Source: Phycisphaerales bacterium
GTDB lineage: Bacteria; Planctomycetota; Phycisphaerae; WQYP01
Assembly (NCBI GenBank): GCA_027451365.1
Contig: DAIDJN010000051.1
Location: 1-57,903 of the forward strand
Direction: 5' to 3'
DNA: 57,903 nt
The notes beneath the pieces are model-generated. The model ran no database searches. It saw only the letters and a program-made list of their open reading frames with translations, and was not told where the DNA came from. The position numbers and the translations under genes are program-made. This document shows positions 39,350 through 50,297 of the stretch, piece by piece. Positions within the stretch are counted from its first letter, which is position 1; every line of letters starts with the position of its first letter.

Positions 39350-40669
39350 TCACCGCGACGGTGTTACCCGCAAAAGTCGCGAAGCATGAGGTCTGAGATT
39401 GAAAGTGAATCCATGGGAAAATCGTCCCAGCGGCCGATGGGTCCAGATATCTGTTACGTCCGCGCGGCCGGAGAATCCGAAGCTGATCCAAGTCAGATTG
39501 ATTTTGGTCGGCGAATGACCAAGATTAAATACCGCAACGATATATGATCCGGCGTTGCGAATAAGCCAGACCTGTTGCAGCGATGATTGCGAAAGCGGTA
39601 CCGCGACGCGGCCAGACTGGTCAATTGCGATAAGTGACCGATTAGTGATGATGTTGATGTCCTCAGGCTTCAGATTTGTCAGATTTGCGCCCAGGCAAAG
39701 TGGCGAACCACTGATGCACCAGAAAGTCATAACCGACTTCCGTTCATCAAGTGTCAGTCCGTCCCGGTTCCCGTTGCCAATTTCCAGAGAATCCAAGTCA
39801 TTCCACCCCCCCGGTCCGGCAAATCTATCCCAAAGCGGTACGGCGGAAAATCGCGTCCGTACGCGATTCCAACTTGTCAGGAACGCTGTGTGATATGCTT
39901 CAATATCGCCATCGATTCGCCATCCATTTGCGTACCGTTTCCAGTATCCAGCGTCCTGCATCGCAAGACTATTGGATAGCTCAAGCCAGACAGGGCGTCC
40001 AGTGCGTTTCAACGCCGCCGCCCATTGTGCGACATCCGCCCGATTATCCGTCCGCCGGAAGCCGCGATAGCCGCCTCCCGGCCCGACAAAATCGAGTTTA
40101 ATGTAGTCCACGCCCCATCTCGCAAGCAGATTTGCCCAGCTTTGGATGTATGCCCGCGCGCCGGGACGATTATAATTTATATGGCAGAAGGCACTTCCGA
40201 GCGTGTTGCCATTCCGCAGCGGATCCGCGATCTGCCGGACCGTATAACGCGTCCCACGTATGCGATCATTCGCTTGGTAAACAGCGCGACTCAATCCTGG
40301 AACCAGATAAATACCAAGCTTTAGTCCCCGCGCGTGCAGCCATGAGGCCATACCGACGATTCCATCCGGAAACCGCCGCAGATTCGGTTTCGGCCGCCCA
40401 TATTTATCAAAACCTAACGACCAATTCGCGTCAATATTCACATAAATATAGCCAAATGGCTTCAATTTCGCGGCCATGACGCGAGCCTGTGCTTTTATTG
40501 CCGACTCTGAAATATTCCCGCGCATTGAACTCCAACTGCTCCAGCCCATAAACGGACGTGGTGCAGGATCGGCCTTGGCAGGAAGGGCGAGTGTCATCTG
40601 ACCGGCAGGTGCCGGCGACGATATAAGAGCCAAGCTTAAAAACAAAAATGCGACAGCAAATCGTACCAT
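39350..40669 (-). CDS. Secreted glycoside hydrolase family 27
   Basis: Signal peptide; PFMGWSSW, YVNIDANW, WGVDYIKLD, WRIDGD, WNDLDSL; C-terminal beta-sandwich. Confidence 0.88.
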   Translation of the reverse strand: MVRFAVAFLFLSLALISSPAPAGQMTLALPAKADPAPRPFMGWSSWSSMRGNISESAIKAQARVMAAKLKPFGYIYVNIDANWSLGFDKYGRPKPNLRRFPDGIVGMASWLHARGLKLGIYLVPGLSRAVYQANDRIRGTRYTVRQIADPLRNGNTLGSAFCHINYNRPGARAYIQSWANLLARWGVDYIKLDFVGPGGGYRGFRRTDNRADVAQWAAALKRTGRPVWLELSNSLAMQDAGYWKRYANGWRIDGDIEAYHTAFLTSWNRVRTRFSAVPLWDRFAGPGGWNDLDSLEIGNGNRDGLTLDERKSVMTFWCISGSPLCLGANLTNLKPEDINIITNRSLIAIDQSGRVAVPLSQSSLQQVWLIRNAGSYIVAVFNLGHSPTKINLTWISFGFSGRADVTDIWTHRPLGRFSHGFTFNLRPHASRLLRVTPSR

Positions 40670-40760
40670 AATTGCCGTTCCGAAATAATAAACCGGGCAT
40701 TCTTGGGCCTATCCTGAACCAGTGCCACGCGACCAGGAATAAGCGATAATTAAAATTGTG

Positions 40761-40806
40761 AAAACGCCCCGAAACACACCACCCAAGGCGTAGTGTGTGC
40801 GGGGCG
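40761..40806 (-). terminator. Hairpin terminator/stabiliser after the PEP-CTERM gene
   Basis: CGCCCCG..ACAC / GTGT..CGGGGCG stem, followed by TTTT on the minus strand. Confidence 0.55.
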
Positions 40807-40842
40807 AGTTTCCTGTCAAAATGACGAAACCAGACCTGCCAG

Positions 40843-42351
40843 TTACTTTTTAACCGCTTTTCGACGGCCGAGGCCAAGTAACCCCATAGCTCCGATGCCG
40901 AATATCGCCAGACTGGCCGGTTCGGGAACAACGGCTGTAAGGCCCACGTCAAAAATCGATTGCAGGTTCGGGTCGCTTACGAACGTGCCATTGCTGTTGA
41001 ATGCCGCAATGTTTCCGCCGATATAATCCGTCGCAGATGTATCAAGAGCCAAACCAGTGTATGGATTGGTGTTGCCCGTGCCGTACCCCGAGGCGTGGGA
41101 CGCATAGGCGGAGAAAACAAAGAAGCCGTACTGCGTATCGGCATTCAAGGTCAGGCCAGTCGGCACACTTATCGTAACATAATCGCCGGTGCCGACGGAT
41201 GAGACCGAGCCTGTATAACGGCCAATAATGGTATAACTCGCCCCGTTAATGGCCACAATATCCAACCCGACCGGATTGTTGTTGGTCAGGCCGCCTTGTT
41301 CATTGAGATCCTTAAGCGTAACGCTGGTAAGCGTATAACCTTGTGCATTCGAACCGGTGGTAAACAACTGGCCCGGCGCGGCCGTCGCGTTCGTATAAAA
41401 ATTGGGCGCGCCGGCGATGTTGTTGGAAGTATTGACCGTTCCGGTCGGATTCAGATTGGATTGATCCGCGACGCCGGCTACCGGTACAGATGTGCCGGCG
41501 TTGCTCACGGTCGCCGCGCCTGGTGCCAGATCCACGATCTGGACACCTTCAATGGCACCGTTGTAATTTGTTGCATAAGCGGCGACGGAAAATGAGGGAC
41601 CAAGCACGTTGGTGAACTCGGCGTAATCAGCATTTGGCGTAGGTGAAGCTTGTGCGGTGGATACGGCCTGAGTGTAAGTAAAACCTGTTGGACTCGTGCC
41701 ATCAATGTAGCCGACGGCGTTGGGCGTCGGAGTCTTTTCCCAAACGGTATACGCATTGCCGCCAGTGCTGAATGCGGCGTCCGCGTTAAAACTGTGCGTG
41801 GTTCCGGCCATTTCGGAATCACCGAGGCCAATGTGCTCGATGGCGCCAGCATGATCTACGAGACCGTACACATACACATCATATTCCGCATACGGCACGT
41901 TATTCACTTGAATAATGAGATTGTTAAACGAACTGTTGCTGTTGCTGTAAATACCGCCATTCATCATCAGTTGATCGCCATTGCTGGCATCTGGTGCGGT
42001 ATTGGTTGTCTGGGCAATGTTATAGGTGTTGGATCCCGCCCAGAGATTTCCGGTAACTGTTGTGGCAGTACCGGTATTATCAACAATAGTTGAACCGGAT
42101 GGCGTCTTGACTGTGCCATCCAGGGATGTGACGCTACCGCTGAGCGTGCCAGTTACGGCGTTGTTCCAATTGGATTGCGACACGACACCGGCGGTCTGTG
42201 TTGCCCCAACTTGATCAGCGCCCGTGGTCGTGGCAAGATTGTCGCCAAAGCTGATAGCGATGGAATCGGCCCGGGCGAGTGATCCGCTTGCCAGGGCCAT
42301 TGATGCTATCCCGGCAATAAGGACCAATGATTGGAATTTGTGACGCTTCAT
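40843..42351 (-). CDS. PEP-CTERM sorting-domain surface protein
   Basis: Signal peptide; Thr/Gly/Asn/Ser-rich body; C-terminal VPEPASLAIFGIGAMGLLGLGRRKAVKK. Confidence 0.93.
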   Translation of the reverse strand: MKRHKFQSLVLIAGIASMALASGSLARADSIAISFGDNLATTTGADQVGATQTAGVVSQSNWNNAVTGTLSGSVTSLDGTVKTPSGSTIVDNTGTATTVTGNLWAGSNTYNIAQTTNTAPDASNGDQLMMNGGIYSNSNSSFNNLIIQVNNVPYAEYDVYVYGLVDHAGAIEHIGLGDSEMAGTTHSFNADAAFSTGGNAYTVWEKTPTPNAVGYIDGTSPTGFTYTQAVSTAQASPTPNADYAEFTNVLGPSFSVAAYATNYNGAIEGVQIVDLAPGAATVSNAGTSVPVAGVADQSNLNPTGTVNTSNNIAGAPNFYTNATAAPGQLFTTGSNAQGYTLTSVTLKDLNEQGGLTNNNPVGLDIVAINGASYTIIGRYTGSVSSVGTGDYVTISVPTGLTLNADTQYGFFVFSAYASHASGYGTGNTNPYTGLALDTSATDYIGGNIAAFNSNGTFVSDPNLQSIFDVGLTAVVPEPASLAIFGIGAMGLLGLGRRKAVKK

Positions 42352-42519
42352 AAAAGAACCTCCCGAACATGGTGAACCTCTCCATTTCTTAAAACTCCGG
42401 GGGAGAGAGACCCGGTTTTGACCACGCCAGAACGCCCAGCATAGCATTTATCGATTAATATATATATTTTGTTTCATTTCCAGTTAAACCGTGTGGCAAA
42501 CCAGAACGCCGCACCCATT

Positions 42520-43470
42520 TCACGGCAACGACGAAACGCCCACGGGCTGTGGCGATGCCGTGACCCAGCCGTTCGCCCAATTTTCCGACCACAGTTGTTT
42601 GAGGTCGACCGGCTCCGCGTGCCCATCCAGAAATACCATATTAATTCCGTTGCCGTGACGCTTTACGCACCAGCGGCTCATTTGTCCGTTCCCACTGCTG
42701 ACACCGCTGGCCCACAAATTGTTCTGACCATCAATAATGGTATTATCCGGTGGCGTATCATTTTCCAGCGGGCCGCCATCAAGCCACATTTCATCACCAA
42801 ACACTGGTATCGCGGCGACTGAAGTGGTCGTTGGAATGCTCGGCCAATAATGTGCGGGCGGATTCACACTTGGATAGACATAGCCGTCGTTGGCGATGCC
42901 GTAAGTTGTATTTGTCTGCGACGTACCACCCGGGCCGTATAACCATGAATTGAATCCGTAGCTCCCTTCCAAATATTTCAGCTGGCTCTGTGCCCACACC
43001 GGGTCTGAACTAGCCTCGGACCAATACCAGGGCATATCTGCGCTCCCAGTATAGCTTTGCGTAATATCCATATTGGCAAGATTAAGCGAAGTCGTGGATG
43101 GACAAATCAGAACACTTTCCATTGCGTTAAAGTTAAGCTGCGGGCCGCTTGTCGCGGACTGCTGGTGCGAAGGGGTAAAGAATGGCGCCAAAGGAAGCAC
43201 CCAGGCAATATCCCAACTGCAAGGCATTCGCTGCCCATGAAAGGAATCCTGGTACTCCACCAGAGCCTGCCCCAGTTCGCGTTCATTACTTAAGCAGGCA
43301 ACAGAACTGGCCGCAGCCCGAGCCTGCGCCAGTGCAGGCAGCAGCATCGCGATCAGCAGAGCAATAATAGATATCACCACAAGCAGTTCTACGAGTGTAA
43401 AGGCCGCCCGTTTTGCCAATAAATGCGAGTCCGAGCCACATTGAACAGTTTGCAGCTTTAAACGTTTCAT
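42520..43470 (-). CDS. Prepilin-type N-terminal cleavage/methylation protein with H-X9-DG C-terminus (DUF1559-like)
   Basis: AFTLVELLVVISIIALLIAMLLPAL, CLSNERELG, LICPS, SYGFN, RHGNGINMVFLDGHAE; start uncertain (ORF open to 43653). Confidence 0.9.
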   Translation of the reverse strand: MKRLKLQTVQCGSDSHLLAKRAAFTLVELLVVISIIALLIAMLLPALAQARAAASSVACLSNERELGQALVEYQDSFHGQRMPCSWDIAWVLPLAPFFTPSHQQSATSGPQLNFNAMESVLICPSTTSLNLANMDITQSYTGSADMPWYWSEASSDPVWAQSQLKYLEGSYGFNSWLYGPGGTSQTNTTYGIANDGYVYPSVNPPAHYWPSIPTTTSVAAIPVFGDEMWLDGGPLENDTPPDNTIIDGQNNLWASGVSSGNGQMSRWCVKRHGNGINMVFLDGHAEPVDLKQLWSENWANGWVTASPQPVGVSSLP

Positions 43471-43735
43471 CAATCGCCTCCTCGATGTACAAACGTGCAT
43501 TCGTGATTTAGCGCCCATTCCGCCGACGACCGTTAAACCGGGTATATCTGCGACCGACACATTTGAACGCAGAACATTTGGAATGGCTCCTTTATTATAT
43601 TTCATTGACGCTCCTTTGCAAATTAATTCGGGCAATTTTTCGGCTGCGGCCATTCCAAGCCGACTTACCGAACGCCGAAATCACAATTCCGCAGCATCGA
43701 GTGACTTCTCGACGGGCAAGCTGTCTGACTTATTT

Positions 43736-43767
43736 ATTATAATCACAAGTCGTTAAAATGCAAATAA
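43736..43767 (-). promoter_or_regulatory. Promoter with shared locus motif (copy 1)
   Basis: Minus strand TTATTTGCAT-tttaacgacttgtgat-TATAAT. Confidence 0.6.
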
Positions 43768-44205
43768 ATATTTTTCCGCGCCCGCCACCTCACCTTTTTT
43801 CGAGGGGCGCAAGAGGACAATTCCCGTGGATCGCTTCTTTGTTTGGAATCAGAAATGGCGCGTTTGTCGCACATGCGAGTACATATTCTGCAGACGCACC
43901 AGCCCATGCGGCGCGAATGGCCGGTCACAAATTTTCGATTTTAATCCGATATTATGGCGATCAATCGGCGATTCACGGAAGGACGAATGGTCCACTCATT
44001 TGCCTCAATTCATATAATTCAGTTTTATAAATATGAGGTTATATGGGACAATCCCGATCCCGTCGTGCTCGATATTTTGTAATTGCGAATATCTGTTGGT
44101 GAATTATTAAGCTATGAATTCTGTGTCGTCACGCTTCAGATAAACGCTTGTTCCACCACCTACGACCGAATTGCCACAACTCACCTGTCGGAAAAGGCGC
44201 ATGGA

Positions 44206-45429
44206 TTAACGAGATCGAACTGCACTGCGGCGGGTTCGTGTAGGCGCGATATCCGTCTCTATGGGACGGTTGTCACCGGGGATCACCCGGGTAAGTTGCT
44301 GATATTTCAGAGGCCTCATACCAACCGCCTGGGCAAACGCATTGCTGAAATGGGACAGATGACAGAAGCCACATGCCCGCCCAATGCGTGTCATCGGCAG
44401 TTTTGTATGGGATAGCAGGTATTTTGCGTGCTGCATCCGCCGGTTGCGAATTTCATCGTATACGCTGTGTCCAAGGCTTTCGGCAAAACGGCGCTCCAAT
44501 GTGCGCCGCGAAATATCGGCGGTCGCCAGAATGTGATCGAGGCTAAGGCGATCCGGCGATTCCTCGCGAATATACTTCAAGGCTTTTGCCACGATCGGAT
44601 CATCGATTGCCAGCATATCCGATGACCGACGCGTAATGACGCCCCTGTGTGGTACCAGCACCGGCCCTTTAGGCGGCTTTTTTCCCAGCATCATGTCATG
44701 AAGCATGGCAGCGGCCTGAAATCCAACATGGTCGGCTGCGGAGTCCACGCTTGAAAGCTGCGGATTCGATAAGTTACAAAGCAGGTCGTCATTATCCACA
44801 CTGACAAGGGCCAACTCGTCAGGTATGCGAACACCACAACGCCTCGCCGCTTCGAGTACCACCTGAGCAAATCGATCGTTGAAGACAAATAAACCGGCCG
44901 GCCGAGGCAATTGCGGCAAAAACTTTTCGACTTGCGTAATATGTTCTTGGCTTGGGGATCTACCCTGCAGTTCCAGCACACCGACCAGCTTGCGTGCGGA
45001 CGCGGATTTGCCAATTGCATCGCCGAATCCACGAACGCGGGCAGCCGCTCCGGCATGGCCCGCAAGGCTCACACAGCCAAATGCGGCCAGGCCGCCGGAG
45101 ATAAGGTGCTCGGCTGCCGCAGTGCCAATGCTATAATTGTCCGGGCGCACAGTCAGTATGGACAGATCGTCAAAGGCGCTGCCAATGTTCACCGTCGGCA
45201 ATGCCATTTTTTCAATATGCTCATAGTCGCTTCTTGTGGCCAAATATACAATCAGGCCATCGACATCCCATGGCTCGGACTTCGGCAGCATGGCGACCTC
45301 AGGCGTATGCCCGAAATAAAGATGCCAGTGGCCGTTGCGGCGCGCATAATCGTTGATGCCACGAAGCAATTCCCGCCCGAAAGCCGAATCCATTCCCATG
45401 ATTATCGCGACGCGATTCGCTGGTTTCAT
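44206..45429 (-). CDS. XylR-type transcriptional regulator (periplasmic-binding-fold sensor plus AraC HTH)
   Basis: GRELLRGI, DNYSIG, LPRPAGLFVFND, IPDELALVSVDND, ISRRTLERRF, CGFCHLSHFSNAF. Confidence 0.9.
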   Translation of the reverse strand: MKPANRVAIIMGMDSAFGRELLRGINDYARRNGHWHLYFGHTPEVAMLPKSEPWDVDGLIVYLATRSDYEHIEKMALPTVNIGSAFDDLSILTVRPDNYSIGTAAAEHLISGGLAAFGCVSLAGHAGAAARVRGFGDAIGKSASARKLVGVLELQGRSPSQEHITQVEKFLPQLPRPAGLFVFNDRFAQVVLEAARRCGVRIPDELALVSVDNDDLLCNLSNPQLSSVDSAADHVGFQAAAMLHDMMLGKKPPKGPVLVPHRGVITRRSSDMLAIDDPIVAKALKYIREESPDRLSLDHILATADISRRTLERRFAESLGHSVYDEIRNRRMQHAKYLLSHTKLPMTRIGRACGFCHLSHFSNAFAQAVGMRPLKYQQLTRVIPGDNRPIETDIAPTRTRRSAVRSR

Positions 45430-45580
45430 GCAATTACTCACATCGGACGACCGACGGACCGGTTCACCGGGTATCCGATGTTCCTGCTGGATGCCTTTCG
45501 ACACAACGCCCTTTATGCCGCCAAGACGAACATCGTCGACGATGAGGCATGGCCCGCCCGGTTAGCTATGGTCCCATTTT

Positions 45581-45600
45581 TGTCACAATAATGCAAATAA
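45581..45600 (-). promoter_or_regulatory. Shared locus motif (copy 2) upstream of the regulator
   Basis: Plus strand TGTCACAATAATGCAAATAA. Confidence 0.5.
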
Positions 45601-45791
45601 TTGGCATTACGCCACTGCGCCATTGCCCTATGGGAAAGGGGCACGGCCGCCAGTGACCCTGCGCTCGCCAAATATCGCCCCATGCCTTGTGGCGGCATGA
45701 CAACCGACCGACGGCGGCAACCACCTAAATGCGCGCGGCATTCTGGCTGGCCATCAACGTCAGAAAATGGAATTGTGGGGTTAGATCCGGA

Positions 45792-46988
45792 TTACCTAAT
45801 CCATAATATCGGATTGCGAATTGGGACGTTTCTGAGCACTTCTTCCGGCCGGCCGGGCGATGGCAGCCTTTCCCAGAGCCGCAGATATGCCATTTTGTGA
45901 TAGGCAATTCCCGCCAGCAACAGACCCGCAGAGCGCACAGGCCAGCATTTCCAATATTCCACATCGTGTCTGTAGGGCCAGATTGACTTATCATTAATAT
46001 ATTGATACATGAATTCAACAGCGCGACGCATGTTCCGACCGTCCGCAAGCGTATAATTCCACAAATTGTCCCGCGGTGTCGAAAGTATGCGGCAGATGCA
46101 ACACATCGCATCCAGATTGAAAAGAGAATAGGCATACGGTTTGGTCCGCGAAAGTTCTCTTGGAAAACTCCCGTCAATCGCCATTTGTTCGGGCAGCAGA
46201 ACGGATTTGAAACGCCGCCGACAAAATGCCAGCTCTGCCCGGTCATTGGTAAGCCGCGCGAATTCCGCCACCTGCATGACCCAGCAGGTACCGTGGTTAT
46301 TCCTTGCATCCATTTCCGTCCGCCCCATCGGCGAAGTGGTCAACCACTTCAGATAGCTGGAAAACCACCGCTTTACCCCCACTTTATCTAAACCCGACAA
46401 TATTCCATCCTCCTCCAGAATCCTGGCACTTTGCGCCACTTCCACCAACTGAACCGTGTCGATAATGCCATAACTCCGACCTTTTGCCCGACCATGAACG
46501 GCCTGGGCATAGCGCAAATTCGGATCCATACGTGTTGCCGGATTTACAAACCAGGCAATCAATTGGCCCAGCGCAGCGCGCCCATAGCGCGGGTCATGTG
46601 TCAGCACATAGGCGCTGGTCAGAGCCGCGGTATGAATGCTGAAGCGAATCAGTGCACGTCGATCTGCGGTAAAATTGTGCGGGTTGCTGTAGCCGTCGCG
46701 CTTTATATATGGTCCGACCGGATTTTTCGGGTTCGGCCACCAGTAATCGCCCTGAGAATAGTATTCGTGGGGATCATCGGGGCCGCCTTTATGGCGGAAC
46801 GCGGTAATGGTGACTGGAGGCATCCGAAGATAACGTTTGGCCACCGCCAATGTTTGCGGGGTCAATAGCTTTATCAGTTGGGTATGCATGAACGGTCCTT
46901 CTGAATCAAGGACATTACCGGTCACGCCCGCCACCCCAATCAGACAGCAAAGGACACCGGAAATTGCCGTGCGTAAGTTACGAATCAT
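45792..46988 (-). CDS. Alginate-lyase-fold polysaccharide lyase (PL38/PL5-like, possible glucuronan lyase)
   Basis: Signal peptide; HEYYSQGDYWWP, PYIKRDG, GIIDT, NNHGTCW, DGSFPRELSRT, YSLFNL. Confidence 0.82.
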   Translation of the reverse strand: MIRNLRTAISGVLCCLIGVAGVTGNVLDSEGPFMHTQLIKLLTPQTLAVAKRYLRMPPVTITAFRHKGGPDDPHEYYSQGDYWWPNPKNPVGPYIKRDGYSNPHNFTADRRALIRFSIHTAALTSAYVLTHDPRYGRAALGQLIAWFVNPATRMDPNLRYAQAVHGRAKGRSYGIIDTVQLVEVAQSARILEEDGILSGLDKVGVKRWFSSYLKWLTTSPMGRTEMDARNNHGTCWVMQVAEFARLTNDRAELAFCRRRFKSVLLPEQMAIDGSFPRELSRTKPYAYSLFNLDAMCCICRILSTPRDNLWNYTLADGRNMRRAVEFMYQYINDKSIWPYRHDVEYWKCWPVRSAGLLLAGIAYHKMAYLRLWERLPSPGRPEEVLRNVPIRNPILWIR

Positions 46989-46999
46989 AAATCACCTGC

Positions 47000-48628
47000 T
47001 TATTTTTTAAAAATCCGGAGTAAAATGACGCCGTGCGGGGGCACCATTGCTGATATCCGATGGCTGGCAGAACCAATATTCCGCTGTCGCCACAGATCCC
47101 GCACCATCTGCGGACCTTTTTCATGCAGTTGTGGCCAACTTGCAGTCACCAGAGCGGCCTTGTCTCCGAGATTAAACAATCCGATCGCCTTGGAACCGTC
47201 AGCCAGAGGTTTCATCCACACCTGTAACTTATTCCGACTGGAAATCCGCATGCCAGCCGCCCCGAGCGCGTCCTGATCCACCGCCAACACTTCTGAGTTG
47301 GTGAGCAAATTCAAAGTAAACGCCCCCATCCGATTGAGGTTATTTCCCAGGATCAGCGGTGCCCCCATCATGGCAAATGCGCTGACCTCTGTATATTGCT
47401 CGTTGGGCGTCAGATGACTGTAATGCTGATGCTTTCCCCAGCCGACCCAGCCGATGGTCATCATGTCCGGATCGTTCCAGTGGCCAGGGCTTTGCAGGCT
47501 CGCCCATTTTGCACCTGCCTGCCAGTGCCCGCACAGGTTGGGCCAGTTATCACGCGAATCGCCAGTGATTCTCCAGAGATTGGCGTCAGGAATCCACTTG
47601 ACGGCCCCCTTGTATGTCGCAGCATTGGACAGGCTGAACACTATATCGCGTCCACTATGCCGGAGAGCATCGTCCATTCTTTGTACAGCCGACAAGCCGA
47701 TCGGATGCCAGTCATATTTCAGATAATCAATCCCCCACACGGCCCATTGTTTCGCATCCTTCTTTTCAAAATGAAATTTTCCAACGGCCCATGGCAGAAT
47801 GCCGCGATTCACCCGCCCTCTTTTTGACACGGTCGGTCGCTTCCAGGCTCCGGTGGGACTCATGGAGCTTTCGCCGACATGGCCCGCGTAAGAAGTGGTC
47901 CACGGCGTTGAATAAATGCCAATTTTAAGGCCCAGCCGGTGAACCTGACGGCACAGCGCCTTTATGTCCGGAAAGCGGGATCGGACGGGCTGGATTGCGT
48001 GGAATGGTCCCCCTCGCTTTCCCTGCCATGTATCATCTATGCAGATATATGTCCATCCAAAGTTAATCAGTCCCGTCGATGCCATCGCTTTGGCAGCGGC
48101 GGCGACCCGCGACTGATTCACGGCGCCGGCCCAGCAGTTCCAACTGTTCCAGCCCATGGGCGGTGTCAGGGCGATGGTGTTGCCGACCACTATTTCCAGT
48201 TTTCCGGTCGCCGAGCCAATCGCGTTAGCGGCATGAAATGTCACGATGTGCGTGCCGGTCTGCGACGTTCGCAGGATACCCGTAATTCGCCCCGTGGCAG
48301 AGTCGATCAACAGCCCCGACGGCAGCCCATCCGCAGAAAACCGCATCGGTCTTGCGCCGCTCACCGCAAGGTTAAACAAGAACGGACTCCCCGGCCGCAC
48401 ACCGAATATTCGGGCACCATTGAACTTCGGCAACGTTGAAACCGGAGGAGTAAGAATATATTTAGTGCTTCCCGCGGGGAATGCCGGCCGATAAACAAGC
48501 GCCTGCGCCGCACCATCGGTGCAGGTAAAATAGAGGCTCGCCGCGCAGCACGTATTCCAGATACATACCCAAAATAAATGGCACACGGCAGGCAAGCGTT
48601 TTGACCACACCGGGACGAAGCTAACCAT
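47000..48628 (-). CDS. GH27 alpha-galactosidase with N-terminal Ig-like (He_PIG-type) domain
   Basis: GLPSGLLIDSATGRITG; LTPPMGWNSWN, ICIDDTW, WGIDYLKYDW, WRITGD, WNDPDMM. Confidence 0.9.
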   Translation of the reverse strand: MVSFVPVWSKRLPAVCHLFWVCIWNTCCAASLYFTCTDGAAQALVYRPAFPAGSTKYILTPPVSTLPKFNGARIFGVRPGSPFLFNLAVSGARPMRFSADGLPSGLLIDSATGRITGILRTSQTGTHIVTFHAANAIGSATGKLEIVVGNTIALTPPMGWNSWNCWAGAVNQSRVAAAAKAMASTGLINFGWTYICIDDTWQGKRGGPFHAIQPVRSRFPDIKALCRQVHRLGLKIGIYSTPWTTSYAGHVGESSMSPTGAWKRPTVSKRGRVNRGILPWAVGKFHFEKKDAKQWAVWGIDYLKYDWHPIGLSAVQRMDDALRHSGRDIVFSLSNAATYKGAVKWIPDANLWRITGDSRDNWPNLCGHWQAGAKWASLQSPGHWNDPDMMTIGWVGWGKHQHYSHLTPNEQYTEVSAFAMMGAPLILGNNLNRMGAFTLNLLTNSEVLAVDQDALGAAGMRISSRNKLQVWMKPLADGSKAIGLFNLGDKAALVTASWPQLHEKGPQMVRDLWRQRNIGSASHRISAMVPPHGVILLRIFKK

Positions 48629-48699
48629 GTTCACAGTCTCCAGAAAAAGGAACCGACACCGGCCCGGCATTTTTGGGGGCCGAAAAAATCAGCCAGCCA

Positions 48700-50241
48700 C
48701 TACTGCCGCAACGGCACCGCAGGCACCAGCTTTAGCACCAAAGCGCTCATCGGCTTAATGGTAATCTTCCACGCCTGGCCCGCTCCGGGTCGGGGCACCT
48801 TCATCCACCGACCACGCCAGGTTCCATCTGGCTGAATGCTCCCGTTACCCAGCTTTATGCCGCGCTTTGCGGAGGCTGAATCATCAGGTGCCCGCAGCGT
48901 CATCTGCCAGACTTGCGTCAACGCGCGGCCCCCTGGGAGCGACATCCGGACCGTCGCGGCACCTGATCCGTGCATTCGATTGATAAAAGTGGCATACAGA
49001 CTGCCATCAGCTTGCAGCGAACCGTATGCGGTCATATTTATGGCACTGGTTGAGGATTTAATTTTAATTGGAACATAACGGCCACGGCCTGCAAGATTGA
49101 AGGCCGCCATCGCGTATCCGAGCGGATGAACTTCCAGTCCATGAGATGTGGTCCAGAATATTGCGTATCGGCAACGGGTCAGGCGGGGTCCGGCTGCCAC
49201 CCAATTCCCGGTGTGGAAGTTCAGGCCGCGGGCACCATGCGCGGCCCACCACCACATGTAGTCTAGCCCCCAAAGGCAGGCGGCAAAGGTGTCACTGACA
49301 TTTTTCGCACCGCCGTTATAGAAGCTGTTGGTTTCCTCCAGGCGAAACGGCAGGTTTCTTGCCAGCGCCAGACGGCCAAAATCGCGGTTAAACCGGCTAT
49401 ACTGCTTATCGATACGCGCAGAAAGCAGAAAGGACCGGCCGGCTCGCGGGCTTTTTACTTTCCACGCGCTTCCACCGACGTAGGTATGTTGTGTTAACAT
49501 CTTTAGATGAGGATCGTGCCCGAATGAGGCCAAAAAATCCATCGCCCAGGCTCCGGAACCCGTTGAACCCGGACCGCAAAAGCGTGCCGTCGGGCTTCGG
49601 TGTAGAATTGCGGCTTCATACAATCGCCAAATGTGCTTATATTTGGCGAAGCGGCGATCATACAGATTCGGCTCATTGCCCAGCGCAAAGCCGGTCAGTT
49701 GTGCCGAAAAATGGTTCGTCATGAAAGCTGCGATCCGCGCAGCGCGCGCCGGATGCTCGGCACCGCGCAGACGTAACGTATATATCACGCGCACATGTGC
49801 CACGCGGGCGAAAGCAAAAAGGCTGCGGATATCCGCGCGAGTTGGCATGGGAATGTCCGCCAGATCGGCGGTATTCCCGCCTACTCGCAACGAGCCAATG
49901 CCCAGCGTGTGAAACAGCGTCACAATATCTTTGCTTTTTGGACTGAAAAAATGCCGCCCGTAGCGATTTGCCAGAATGGTCTTCATTTCAAAACTAAGCC
50001 CGCTAAAATTGGGCGAAATTTGCCGTCCGGGCCGGCCAATACTTACCACGGCCCGCACGGTCGACCGGAGCCGCACTTGATTAGGGATCGCGCCTTTCGC
50101 CAAACTGCACAAAACGCAGAGCACAGCGGCAGACAGCGGCGCGAATGCCCGTCCAGGCGGAAGACCGAATCTGCCCATTCTGTGAATCCTCCGGACCAAG
50201 CCGCCACCGATGTCGATCTGTTGCCGGGTACCGCCCGCCAT
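48700..50241 (-). CDS. GH79-like beta-glucuronidase
   Basis: FSGLSFE, LRVGGNTAD, LGNEPN (acid/base), LEETNS (nucleophile), VSDTFAACLWGLDY, NFH. Confidence 0.85.
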   Translation of the reverse strand: MAGGTRQQIDIGGGLVRRIHRMGRFGLPPGRAFAPLSAAVLCVLCSLAKGAIPNQVRLRSTVRAVVSIGRPGRQISPNFSGLSFEMKTILANRYGRHFFSPKSKDIVTLFHTLGIGSLRVGGNTADLADIPMPTRADIRSLFAFARVAHVRVIYTLRLRGAEHPARAARIAAFMTNHFSAQLTGFALGNEPNLYDRRFAKYKHIWRLYEAAILHRSPTARFCGPGSTGSGAWAMDFLASFGHDPHLKMLTQHTYVGGSAWKVKSPRAGRSFLLSARIDKQYSRFNRDFGRLALARNLPFRLEETNSFYNGGAKNVSDTFAACLWGLDYMWWWAAHGARGLNFHTGNWVAAGPRLTRCRYAIFWTTSHGLEVHPLGYAMAAFNLAGRGRYVPIKIKSSTSAINMTAYGSLQADGSLYATFINRMHGSGAATVRMSLPGGRALTQVWQMTLRAPDDSASAKRGIKLGNGSIQPDGTWRGRWMKVPRPGAGQAWKITIKPMSALVLKLVPAVPLRQ

Positions 50242-50297
50242 GAGCCCACTCCAGACAAAACGAAAAAGGCCGACCCGAAAAATATCGTTTCAGCCGA

